DNA of 64,000 nt from Candidatus Woesearchaeota archaeon. GTDB taxonomy: Archaea; Nanobdellota; Nanobdellia; SCGC-AAA011-G17; PNOQ01. Below the pieces are notes generated by a model, which saw nothing but the letters and a program-made list of their open reading frames with translations, did not search any database and was not told the origin of the DNA. The translations under genes and the position numbers were made by a program. Shown piece after piece: positions 36,987 to 46,450 of the stretch. The number at the start of each line of letters is the position of its first letter. Within the stretch, counting starts at the first letter, position 1. Location of the stretch: the NCBI GenBank assembly GCA_964408705.1, contig CAYPAI010000003.1:5382-69381 (forward strand). Reading direction: 5' to 3'.

Positions 36987-38299
36987 TTTTTCTCTCTGAA
37001 TACAGGTCTTATTGAATCTCCTGTGAGGTGTTTTTTTATGTTTTCATCTTTCATTAAACATTTCATTGAAACCATGGCTTCACCATATATCTTTAATGCT
37101 AAATCTATGTCTTTTTCATTATGGGCGTAGCATGGTGCATGGTATAATCCTGCCAAAAGTCCCCTTTTCATACATTCTTGCTGAAATAAACTTTTAAACT
37201 CAAGATTTTCGATATCTAAATCATTGCTGTCCACTTCTATATCTGTCCAAGGAGCATATCCTTCGCACCAAAAATAATTTTTCAAGTTTAATTCTTCTGA
37301 TTTTTTGTTAAATCCGTCCTTGAGTTTAGAACCCATATGCCATATATGATCTATTATGTTATTTTTTTTAATTAAATCTATACATTTTATTGCTCCAGCT
37401 AATGATGCGCATTCTCCTCCAAAAGTTGATGAAAAAAATACTCCATCGAAAGTAAAATTATCCATTAGTTCAGCCTTTCCAACTAATGCAGATATCGGCA
37501 TCCCATTACCTATTGCTTTTCCAAATGTTGCTAAGTCTGGAGTTACGTTAAAATATTTTTGTGCACCCCCTAAACTAAATCTAAATCCAGTTATAATTTC
37601 ATCAAATATATATATTGCACCATGTTTGTGTGTCAATTCTTTTGATTTTTGTAAGAAATTATCTTTGGGTTCAGAAAGCTGTACTGGTTCCAATATTACT
37701 GCGGCTATCTCATTTGGATGTTCTCTAAATAGTTTTTTTAAAGATTCTAAGTTATTGTACTCAAATTTTAAAGTTAATTCTCTTATCTCATTTGGTATCC
37801 CTTTTTTCCTGTTCGTAGTCCCTATAAACCAATCATGAAATCCATGATATCCTCCGACTGCTATTTTTTTTCTTCCAGTTACTGCTCTTGCTAATCTTAT
37901 TGCCATAGTTGTTACATCTGATCCATTTTTTGCAAATTTAACTCTTTCAGCACAAGGAATATTTTCAATTAGTTTTTTTGCAGCCTCATTTTCTATAGGG
38001 CTTGGCATTGGAAAAAGTAATCCTTTTTTTAACTGATTAGTTATTGCTTTGTTAAATTCTTCATTATTATATCCTAAAATTGCAGGAAATCCTCCTGGTG
38101 CTAAATCTAGGAATTTATTCCCATCTACATCCCAGACATAACAACCCTCTCCCCTTTCTAAAAATTTAGGAGATGAGTTTGATACGTATTGAGTAGATCC
38201 ATGGCTTAAGGTATGGCACTGTGCAGGGATCGTAGTTTTTGCTTCAGAAAATATTTCTTCAGATTTTTTGTAATTATAATTTTTTAAATATTCATCCAT
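36983..38299 (-). CDS. Class-III PLP aminotransferase (glutamate-1-semialdehyde aminomutase-like)
   Basis: IFDEIITGFR; the PLP lysine region TFGKAIGNG. Confidence 0.65.
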   Translation of the reverse strand: MDEYLKNYNYKKSEEIFSEAKTTIPAQCHTLSHGSTQYVSNSSPKFLERGEGCYVWDVDGNKFLDLAPGGFPAILGYNNEEFNKAITNQLKKGLLFPMPSPIENEAAKKLIENIPCAERVKFAKNGSDVTTMAIRLARAVTGRKKIAVGGYHGFHDWFIGTTNRKKGIPNEIRELTLKFEYNNLESLKKLFREHPNEIAAVILEPVQLSEPKDNFLQKSKELTHKHGAIYIFDEIITGFRFSLGGAQKYFNVTPDLATFGKAIGNGMPISALVGKAELMDNFTFDGVFFSSTFGGECASLAGAIKCIDLIKKNNIIDHIWHMGSKLKDGFNKKSEELNLKNYFWCEGYAPWTDIEVDSNDLDIENLEFKSLFQQECMKRGLLAGLYHAPCYAHNEKDIDLALKIYGEAMVSMKCLMKDENIKKHLTGDSIRPVFREKK

Positions 38300-39026
38300 C
38301 TTGAGTTTCCTCCTTCATAATTAGTTCTGCTAACTTGAATTGAATAATATCATCTATTTCTATACTTCTTTTTTTTGGCATCAAAACTATTTTTGTTTTT
38401 AAGTGACTGTTTTCCCCATATGGATTAAATATTTTTGTGTTTGGGTCAAATAAGGTGTTATAAGTTATAGCATATACACCACCATTTATTATTAATTTAT
38501 TAAACTTATCATCTTGTCTTCTACTGTTTAATTTTTCTGTGTTTTCATATGGCTCAATATATCCATCTAATTTTTTAACCATTATGTCTGAGTTATCTAT
38601 TTCAAAAGGTGTAACTCCTACTACTGTGTTGACATCCTCTTTTTTTATTTCTTTAATTGCATTTTCAATATCTTCAATACTTCTTAGTGGGCTTGTCGGT
38701 TCTAATAAAATTATATACTCATAATGTTCCCCATTTTTTTCAAGGAATTTAGTTGCATGTCTTACTACTTCCATTGATGATGCACTATCTGTAGCTAAGT
38801 GTTCTGGCCTAATAAATGGTACTTCTGCACCATATTTTTTAGATATTTCTGCAATTTCCAAGTCATCTGTTGATACTATAGTTTTGTCTATTGATCTACA
38901 TTTGAGGGATTTTTCTATAGTATGGGCTATAAGTGGTTTTTTATTAAACTTTTTAATGTTTTTTCTAGGAATTCCTTTTGATCCGCCCCTTGCAGGTATT
39001 ACTGCTAATACTTTATTTTTTTCCAT
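38292..39026 (-). CDS. neuA: CMP-nonulosonic acid synthetase (acylneuraminate cytidylyltransferase, NeuA/LegF-like)
   Basis: VLAVIPARGGSKGIPRKNIKKFNKKPLIAHTI. Confidence 0.75.
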   Translation of the reverse strand: MEKNKVLAVIPARGGSKGIPRKNIKKFNKKPLIAHTIEKSLKCRSIDKTIVSTDDLEIAEISKKYGAEVPFIRPEHLATDSASSMEVVRHATKFLEKNGEHYEYIILLEPTSPLRSIEDIENAIKEIKKEDVNTVVGVTPFEIDNSDIMVKKLDGYIEPYENTEKLNSRRQDDKFNKLIINGGVYAITYNTLFDPNTKIFNPYGENSHLKTKIVLMPKKRSIEIDDIIQFKLAELIMKEETQDG

Positions 39027-40020
39027 TTTTTACTGATATTTGTTTTTTTTCTTTAGAACTTTCTTCAATTAGTTCTAAAATTTTTAGATTATAAAGATCT
39101 TCTTCTAAAGGATAAGGATATTTTGTTTTATTGTTTAGTGCAGAAATAAAACTTTTCATTTCTTCAATGTAGGGTTCTTCCTTATGGATGTATCCTTTTT
39201 CAATAGTTCCAGTTTCTTCACTATACTTTTTCCATTTTTTGTCTTTAGTTGTATAAACTTTGACTTGATTTTCTTTTTTATCCCATATGATTGTTCCTTT
39301 TTCCCCAATTATCTTTAATGATCTTTCAGGAATTCTTGAAATAACATCAACTATGATATTTCCTAAGGTATGTTCAAATCTTAAACTTATATTATATGTG
39401 TCCTCATAGTTTATATCTAGTGTTGAAAATTTACCTTTCATACAGTTTAAACTGTATATTTTTCCAAAAATCCAAGTTAGCCAAGTAAGTTCTCCAGGTA
39501 TTATTTCCCTACAGCCTCCAACTTCTTTATCTGACATGAAAAATTCATTAAAATTTTCCCAAGGGTGCCAATCTGGAAGATACTGTCCAACATGATAATT
39601 AAATGAGGAAACATTTCCTATTGTTTTTTTGTCCATTATCTGTTTAATCTTTTTAATTGATTCTAAGTTCCTCATATCATGTGATGCTGCAGCAAGTATA
39701 TTTTTTTCTTTTGCTAATTTAACAACTTTGTCTAATCCATTATTGATTATATTTAGTTCTGTAAAGAAAGGTTTATTTGCTTCTAATGATTTTTTTGCAT
39801 ACTCTGAATGATGTTGAGGAGGTGTAGATATAATTACAGCATCAGGGTCTTTACTCATGGCTTTTTGAAAATTATCAAATGTTTTTATCCCCATGCTCTC
39901 TACTTCCTTACGCCTATCTTCTCTTATATCAAATCCAATTATGTTGTTTTGTTTTAAGAATTTTAAATTTCTTATTCTTCTCTTTCCCATAGATCCTAAT
40001 CCTGCTATTAGAAATTTCAT
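39013..40020 (-). CDS. Gfo/Idh/MocA-family NAD(P) oxidoreductase
   Basis: MKFLIAGLGSMGKRRIRNL. Length 335 aa. Confidence 0.6.
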   Translation of the reverse strand: MKFLIAGLGSMGKRRIRNLKFLKQNNIIGFDIREDRRKEVESMGIKTFDNFQKAMSKDPDAVIISTPPQHHSEYAKKSLEANKPFFTELNIINNGLDKVVKLAKEKNILAAASHDMRNLESIKKIKQIMDKKTIGNVSSFNYHVGQYLPDWHPWENFNEFFMSDKEVGGCREIIPGELTWLTWIFGKIYSLNCMKGKFSTLDINYEDTYNISLRFEHTLGNIIVDVISRIPERSLKIIGEKGTIIWDKKENQVKVYTTKDKKWKKYSEETGTIEKGYIHKEEPYIEEMKSFISALNNKTKYPYPLEEDLYNLKILELIEESSKEKKQISVKNGKK

Positions 40021-40268
40021 AGTTTTACCTCTATAATTTGGTTTAGTTCTATTACTAGTTTTTCTTTTTGTTCATTAGACAGACCATGGGTCTCCATAGC
40101 TTCACCAAGTGTTTCTTTCCAGCTTCTCCTTCTACACATTGAACAGTAAAGGCCATACCTTCCCATGATCTTGCTTAAAATTTCATTGTCTGTAGATAAT
40201 ATTTTTTCTATAGGTGTATTTTTGTTTATGTTACTAGTATTTTCTTTTTTTATTTCTTTATCTTTCAT
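40017..40268 (-). CDS. DUF1858-like small protein (hybrid-cluster-associated redox-disulfide domain)
   Basis: GLYCSMCRRRSWKETLGEAMETHGL...LVIELNQI matches the DUF1858 pattern (C..C...TLEEA...HG). Confidence 0.35.
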   Translation of the reverse strand: MKDKEIKKENTSNINKNTPIEKILSTDNEILSKIMGRYGLYCSMCRRRSWKETLGEAMETHGLSNEQKEKLVIELNQIIEVKL

Positions 40269-41859
40269 AGTTTTTTATTATGTCCTTTATTTCCTTTATG
40301 ATCCTAGTTGTTGTCTTTCCATCTAATTTATAGCAATATTTTTTTATAAATTCCTTATTCTCCTTGTTTAATTTCTCTTTATATCTTTTATTAAATAGAA
40401 TTTTTTTGCTTTCTTTGTATAATTCTTCTGGTTTTTTAATTTTAGGGATTCCTTTGCTGTTTTTGTGAAAAACTCCATCCTTATCTATCATCTCACATGG
40501 ATAAATATCTATAAGTACTACTGGTTTTTTTAGAATACTAGCTTCCCATATTACTGAAGAGTAAAATGTTATTAACATATCTGAGTTTTTGATTAAAGAG
40601 TATAGGTGTTTTTTTCCTAGTTTTGCCTTTTTTATCTTGAAGTTTGTTAAATTTTTATTTTTAATTATTTTCGAGTATTCTACTATATTTTTTTCAAGAG
40701 GATGTGGTTTTATGATTATGTCATATCCCTCTATTTTTGATAATTTTTCTAGATATTTAGATATGTGTTTGAAGTATTTATCTTTTGAAATTACGTTTTC
40801 TTCAACCATAGGAGAGGTGCTGAATAAGATATATTTTTTCTTCTTTTTTTTATCTTCTGTTTTTGAAAATCTTATGAGTTTATTGTTAAAAATACTTCCA
40901 ACTACTCTTATTTGGTTTTTATTTGCACCTTTAGCTATGAACATTTTTTTTTGTAATTCGCCTGCTGTAAGAATGTGATGTGTATTTGGTAAATCCCATC
41001 TATATCCTGTAAGTCCGATTCCGTGAGAGATAGTTATACTTGGAATATTTAATTTATCTGAGGAGTATACTAGACACCTATCAGTTATATTATTTGGGGC
41101 ATAGAGGATTGATCCTTTAGTATTATTAATTTTTAATATTTTTTTGAAAGTTTCATAGTATAATATGGTAATAAATATCATTTCTTTTGAAAAAAAGAAG
41201 TTAAATGAATCATGATATATGTTAAATATTTGTTTATTTAATCCAGAAAATCTTATTTTTTTATTAACTATTTTCCAGTTATTAGATATTATTTTAGAAG
41301 CTAATTTAGCTTTTTTAATTTCTTTTAAGCCAACAAAACTGTTTAATAAATTTTTATGCTTTAATATGGAAAAGGAAATTTTTTCAGATAAGGGACTGAT
41401 TATGACCATATTTTTTTTTAAAGTTTTTTCCTTATCTATCAAGTTTAATACTTCTTCTATTCTGTCTATTTTATGTTTATGCTTGGTGAAAGATATTGCA
41501 TTAGTGTGTATTTGAAATAAGAGGTTTGAGTTCATATTTTTATTTAATCTTTTTTCTGTTAGTTTAGATAGTATTATTTTTCCAATTTCATTAAATAAAA
41601 TTCCTTTCCTTCTTAAATAATTTTTTAATCTTTTTCTTTTTGAATGTTTTTTTCTAATTAGTTTTATAATTGTAGAATCAAAATTATTAAAACCAGGGGG
41701 TAACATATTTCTTGCAAATCTTCTCCTATAGAAATTATCCCAAATAGAGTATCCATCATGTTTGAAATATTCTGAGAATTTAATTTCTCCGATTTTCTTG
41801 GTGGAAAGTTTATCAAAAAAATCTTCTAATTTACTGTATAATTCCTTTTTTAATTGCAT
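40258..41859 (-). CDS. CDP-glycerol glycerophosphotransferase-like (TagB/TagF family) putative phospho-alcohol transferase
   Basis: Basic 533-aa protein. DIIIKPHPLEK resembles the KPHP catalytic-His motif of the Glyphos_transf family. The call rests on one motif. Confidence 0.35.
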   Translation of the reverse strand: MQLKKELYSKLEDFFDKLSTKKIGEIKFSEYFKHDGYSIWDNFYRRRFARNMLPPGFNNFDSTIIKLIRKKHSKRKRLKNYLRRKGILFNEIGKIILSKLTEKRLNKNMNSNLLFQIHTNAISFTKHKHKIDRIEEVLNLIDKEKTLKKNMVIISPLSEKISFSILKHKNLLNSFVGLKEIKKAKLASKIISNNWKIVNKKIRFSGLNKQIFNIYHDSFNFFFSKEMIFITILYYETFKKILKINNTKGSILYAPNNITDRCLVYSSDKLNIPSITISHGIGLTGYRWDLPNTHHILTAGELQKKMFIAKGANKNQIRVVGSIFNNKLIRFSKTEDKKKKKKYILFSTSPMVEENVISKDKYFKHISKYLEKLSKIEGYDIIIKPHPLEKNIVEYSKIIKNKNLTNFKIKKAKLGKKHLYSLIKNSDMLITFYSSVIWEASILKKPVVLIDIYPCEMIDKDGVFHKNSKGIPKIKKPEELYKESKKILFNKRYKEKLNKENKEFIKKYCYKLDGKTTTRIIKEIKDIIKNYER

Positions 41860-43060
41860 TTTTTAATTTTGCTCTCCTTATAGATTTGCTTATTACTAAA
41901 AATAATTTATGTGCAAATGATTTAGTAATTAAATAATCAAATTTCATGATTGGTTTAAAATAAAACTTATTTTTGTTAAGAAAATCTATTTCTTCCCTAT
42001 ATAGCTTAAATCTTTTATTTAATACTTTCAGATATTCCTTTTTAATCTTAAAATTTTTTAAAGATTTATGTTTTATTAAATAGTCAAGGTAAATTCTTTG
42101 GTAAAAAAATTCTATAGGTAATACTGAATTTATTTCTTTTGTTTTTTTATAGATTCGGTTAGTTTTTTCGAATGAATCTTTTGAATCCCATTTTTTCAAG
42201 AATATACAGCTGTGTTCTTTTTCGATAAAAATGGCTATTTTTAAGTTTGAGTTAATGAATTTATTTTTTTTATATTCTTTTTTTAATTCTTCTATTAAGA
42301 AATAATTAAAAATTATGTTTTTTTTCATAATTTTGATAAGAGTGTCATATTTTTTGGGACCTAGTTTAAACCAATCTCTTCTTAATTTGTCTATACTGAG
42401 CATGTGTTTTTCCCATTCTGGGTACTTTTTGTTTGTTATTTCTTTCAATAGGTGCAAAGGATATTTCATGGAATTAAGTCTAGATAATACATTCCGTATA
42501 GGAATTTCCAATTTTCCTAAATTTATACCAAAAAGTTTAGATATTTCTTTAAAAATATATGAATATTTATTATTTGTTTTTATTTTCTTTTCTAAAAAGT
42601 ATCTTGTAAACTCTCTTGGCCAGTGAAAATTTATGTAGTCAGTTAATATTATTGTAGAGATTATTTTTTTATTTTTTATTTTTTTTATTTTTATGCTATT
42701 CCCATGCAACTTTTTTATAGAGAATACTGGGAATAAGTAATTTAATTCTGAAAAGTTTTTTTCACTTATCATTAAAGGATGGTGCATAATCAAGTAAGGA
42801 TGGGTCTTCATTGATTTTTCGATATAAGTTATGGTATTTTTTGTATCTACAATTTTATTTTTTAGTACAACTATAAAATCTAAGTCAGACATACCTAGTC
42901 TTGATACTTCACCGATTTGGTATATTGCACTAACATCTTTAGATTTTGAAACATATCTAATGAAATCTTTTTTTGCTTTATCATAATCAAGATTATTACG
43001 TTTTTTTGGAACATCTCTAAAGGTGAAGTTATCTTTTTGAATATCATTAAAAATTTTCAT
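41831..43060 (-). CDS. Nucleotidyltransferase-fold protein (minimal pol-beta-like motif), paralogous to the next gene
   Basis: QIGEVSRLGMSDLDFIVVL (G..S...DxD) near the N-terminus. Extremely Lys/Ile/Asn-rich. Confidence 0.3.
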   Translation of the reverse strand: MKIFNDIQKDNFTFRDVPKKRNNLDYDKAKKDFIRYVSKSKDVSAIYQIGEVSRLGMSDLDFIVVLKNKIVDTKNTITYIEKSMKTHPYLIMHHPLMISEKNFSELNYLFPVFSIKKLHGNSIKIKKIKNKKIISTIILTDYINFHWPREFTRYFLEKKIKTNNKYSYIFKEISKLFGINLGKLEIPIRNVLSRLNSMKYPLHLLKEITNKKYPEWEKHMLSIDKLRRDWFKLGPKKYDTLIKIMKKNIIFNYFLIEELKKEYKKNKFINSNLKIAIFIEKEHSCIFLKKWDSKDSFEKTNRIYKKTKEINSVLPIEFFYQRIYLDYLIKHKSLKNFKIKKEYLKVLNKRFKLYREEIDFLNKNKFYFKPIMKFDYLITKSFAHKLFLVISKSIRRAKLKNAIKKGIIQ

Positions 43061-44262
43061 TATTTCTCCTTTCTTAATTTTTTTTCCATCTTTGTTGCTA
43101 AGCTATCTGAAGCTATGATTAGTTTTTTCTTTTGTTTATCTAACTTAATAGGTTGTAAGTATGTTATCAAAGATGGTAGGTGTGGATTCCCTAATTTTGC
43201 CATTACTTTTAATATTTTTTTTAAAAGTTTATTCTCTTCTTTCCAGTTTTTCCTTATTTCTGTTGCCAAATCTATTGGTTCCCAATAATCAGTAAATTCT
43301 TTTTTAGCTGTATTGAAAGATTTTTTTTTATGAATATGGTGTCCTTTAGCTTGAAGATATAGTGTTGGAAGTAATAAGAGTTTAGATAAAAATAGTTTCC
43401 ATTGATATTTATTTTTTATTTTTATTTTATTATTTTTTACTTTGTTAAAATATTCTGTAAATTTTAAAAATATTTTTTTTCTTTCATCAAAATCATCTAA
43501 TACATCAAATTTTAATTCCTTTTTTCGGTTAGTTATTGCAATACAATGTTTGAATAGGTTTATTGGAAAATAATTTTGAGGATAGTTTTTCATTTCTTGT
43601 TCCAGAATTATTGAAAAACCATGGTGTTGTGCTGAGTCTAGAGTATAGAATTTGGATCTTAGTTTGGCAACTTCTTTCCTTAAACTAATTATTTTTTTCC
43701 ATTTCCAAGTGGTTTTTTCTTTTATTATAATCAGTGTATCAAGATCACTAAACCCTTTATAGTAATCTAAGGTAGACATACTTCCCTGTAAATAAATTCC
43801 ATCTACCCACTTTGATAAATCTTTAGATTTTTCTTCTATTTTGAATATGGGTTTTAAAAATTCTTTATCATTTGTTCTATTTTTCCAGTCATAGTAGTTT
43901 ATTATATCTTTTTTATTAATTATTTTTTTTGTTTTTGATAGGTTTAATGTAATAATTTGCTCATAAAATTCTTGTATTAGTAAGCTAATTATTTTTGAAT
44001 ATTTCTTAGAACTGAGATTTTTGTTTTTATTAGATTTGACTATCACATAACTGTATCTTAATATGTTGTTATATTCTTTGTTTATAGTTTTTATTTCTTT
44101 TAGAAGATGAGTTAGGTCATTTTTTGTTGTATCTATCATTGGGAAAAATAATTTGCTGCTAATTGTTAAGTTATCTAGATTTATGAACTCCTTAATTCTT
44201 TTGTGTAAACTGTTTTGATAGTTTAAGATTACATTTATTCTTGACATTTTTATTATCTTCAT
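43060..44262 (-). CDS. LicD-like nucleotidyltransferase-fold protein (candidate phospho(no)alcohol transferase)
   Basis: LQGSMSTLDYYKGFSDLDTLIII parallels the LicD core ([20 protein letters not shown]): G[ST]-x6-[HY]KGF-x-DxD. Confidence 0.4.
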   Translation of the reverse strand: MKIIKMSRINVILNYQNSLHKRIKEFINLDNLTISSKLFFPMIDTTKNDLTHLLKEIKTINKEYNNILRYSYVIVKSNKNKNLSSKKYSKIISLLIQEFYEQIITLNLSKTKKIINKKDIINYYDWKNRTNDKEFLKPIFKIEEKSKDLSKWVDGIYLQGSMSTLDYYKGFSDLDTLIIIKEKTTWKWKKIISLRKEVAKLRSKFYTLDSAQHHGFSIILEQEMKNYPQNYFPINLFKHCIAITNRKKELKFDVLDDFDERKKIFLKFTEYFNKVKNNKIKIKNKYQWKLFLSKLLLLPTLYLQAKGHHIHKKKSFNTAKKEFTDYWEPIDLATEIRKNWKEENKLLKKILKVMAKLGNPHLPSLITYLQPIKLDKQKKKLIIASDSLATKMEKKLRKEK

Positions 44263-44344
44263 TCATTAGATTAATTTAAAACGTTTATTATATAGAGATT
44301 CATGGTTGTTTTTGAATAAACTTATAAAATTTAAGGTATAGCTT

Positions 44345-45331
44345 TTGAAGATGAATCCAGAAGTATCAATAATCATTGTGACATGGAATCAGCCTAGTTA
44401 TACTATTCCTTGTGTAAGGTCTGTTCTTCAGCAAACTGGAAGTTTTGAGGTCATTATAGTAGATAATGGGTCTAAAGACGATTCAATTAGGAAGTATAGG
44501 GATAACTTTGGAAAAAATGGAAAAGTTAAGATTATAGCTTCTAATAGAAACTTGGGGTATGCTGGTGGAAATAATCTTGGAGTAAAAAAAAGTAAGGGTA
44601 AATATATTGTTATTTTGAATAATGATACTACTGTAGAACAAAACTGGTTAAATGAGCTTATCAAACCCTTAAAAGAGGATGAGGATGTTGGTGCAGTTAA
44701 TTCACATGAGATTAGGAATGGCAAAAGAATAAGTATAAATTATTTTAAAAATTTTGAGGTTAAAATGAATGTGCTTCAGTATGGGGTTAAACAAAAAAGA
44801 AAAAAGCAATTAAAAGATTTAGAAATTATCGATTCTGGAAGTATAAAAGGTGCTTGTTTTGCATACAGGAGAGAACTTATTGGGATCCCATTCGATAAAG
44901 ATTATTTTATCTACGGGGAAGATACTAAACTGGGATGGATTATAAAATGTAAAGGATATAAGATTAAGACTGCCATTAAGTCTGTATTTAACCATCATCA
45001 TAATGTTACACGTAAGGAAAATAAAACTTTCAATAAACATGCGGCATTTTTAGGTGAGAGAAATATGATTATGAATTTACTTACTTTTTATAATCTTTTT
45101 AATACTCTTAGGATTATTCCATTTTTAATTTTAAGAATATTTGTTATAAATATTTTACAACCTAGAGATATTTTTATGAGAATTAAGGCATATCTGTGGT
45201 TGTGTTTAAACTTAAAATTAGTTTTTAAAAAAAGAAAAGAAATTTCTTTCTTAAAAATCAACAAAGACAAAGAATTATTTAAGGATCTGACTTGGAAATT
45301 TTTTTCACGTACCTCAGAGGATTACAATTAA
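44345..45331 (+). CDS. Family-2 glycosyltransferase
   Basis: VSIIIVTWNQ...IIVDNGSKDDS...NLGYAGGNN...LNNDT. Confidence 0.7.
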   Translation: MKMNPEVSIIIVTWNQPSYTIPCVRSVLQQTGSFEVIIVDNGSKDDSIRKYRDNFGKNGKVKIIASNRNLGYAGGNNLGVKKSKGKYIVILNNDTTVEQNWLNELIKPLKEDEDVGAVNSHEIRNGKRISINYFKNFEVKMNVLQYGVKQKRKKQLKDLEIIDSGSIKGACFAYRRELIGIPFDKDYFIYGEDTKLGWIIKCKGYKIKTAIKSVFNHHHNVTRKENKTFNKHAAFLGERNMIMNLLTFYNLFNTLRIIPFLILRIFVINILQPRDIFMRIKAYLWLCLNLKLVFKKRKEISFLKINKDKELFKDLTWKFFSRTSEDYN

Positions 45332-46449
45332 TATATTTTTTTTAATATCTCGATTAAGTTTTGCTTTTTGATTCTTCTTGGATTATTTTTCATTCTGTCT
45401 TTGTTAAATCCATTGTTTATAATGATATCAATATCTTTCTTTGTATTAATTTTTAGACTATTTAGTGAAGTTTCTAAATTAATTTTTTTTAATAATTTTT
45501 TTAAGTCTTGCCTAGGATTTTTGAATTTTGTTAAATCTTTTAATTTGTCCATAGTTTGTTTTACATATTTTAAACCCCGAATATCTTCGCAATCCTTAGA
45601 GTTTGTTTTTAAATTATATTCAAATATTTCTCCTAGGGTTAATGAAACTGCATGTCCATGAGGGATCCCAAAATAGGAAGTTAATGGGTAGGAGATTGAA
45701 TGACATGCTGTAGTTTGAGATATATTTATTGCTTTTCCTGCTAAGTTAGATGCTTTTGACATCATAATCCTATTTTTCTTACTTGGATTGTTTACTGCAT
45801 CTTCAATGTTTTCTATAGTTAGAGTTATTGCTTTTTTTGCATACATTTTAGATTCTTCTGTAGATTTAATTGACCAGTAACTCTCTATGGCCTGACTTAA
45901 TGCATCCATTCCAGTACTTGCAGTGATATGTGGTGGCAGATTAAATGTTAATTCAGGATCAATTATGGAATAATCTGGTAATATCTTTTTGTTATTTAAT
46001 GAATGTTTATTTTTTCCAATATACACTGTAGCAAATTGAGTTGCTTCGCTTCCAGTTCCCGAAGTTGTGGGGATTGCAATTAATTTATTGTTTTTTTTAA
46101 TTAGACTTTTATTTTTTAGAATATAACTTATTGGGTTTTCTTTTTGATAAGCTAGAATATTTATCGATTTTGCTATATCTATCACGCTACCTCCGCCAAT
46201 TGCAATAATCATATCATAATCTTTTTTATTGTATTCTTTAATTCCTTTTTCTATATCTTTTAATTTGTTATTTTTTGAAAAATTGTTAAATTGAGTAAAA
46301 TTATAACTGGATAAAATATTTTCTAATTTTTGTTTTATTTTGCTGTATGATCTTTTACCAGTAATTAAAAAAATATTTTTAGAATTCTCCTTTTTTAAGA
46401 TATCCTCTAAATGGTGTATACTTCCTGTTCCAAAATATTCTTTTTGCAT
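45328..46449 (-). CDS. Group-III iron-containing alcohol dehydrogenase (candidate phosphonoacetaldehyde reductase, PhpC/FomC-like)
   Basis: DMIIAIGGGSVIDIAKS metal/NAD motif. Immediately downstream of the phosphonopyruvate decarboxylase gene, in the same operon orientation. Confidence 0.6.
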   Translation of the reverse strand: MQKEYFGTGSIHHLEDILKKENSKNIFLITGKRSYSKIKQKLENILSSYNFTQFNNFSKNNKLKDIEKGIKEYNKKDYDMIIAIGGGSVIDIAKSINILAYQKENPISYILKNKSLIKKNNKLIAIPTTSGTGSEATQFATVYIGKNKHSLNNKKILPDYSIIDPELTFNLPPHITASTGMDALSQAIESYWSIKSTEESKMYAKKAITLTIENIEDAVNNPSKKNRIMMSKASNLAGKAINISQTTACHSISYPLTSYFGIPHGHAVSLTLGEIFEYNLKTNSKDCEDIRGLKYVKQTMDKLKDLTKFKNPRQDLKKLLKKINLETSLNSLKINTKKDIDIIINNGFNKDRMKNNPRRIKKQNLIEILKKIY

Positions 46450-46450
46450 T

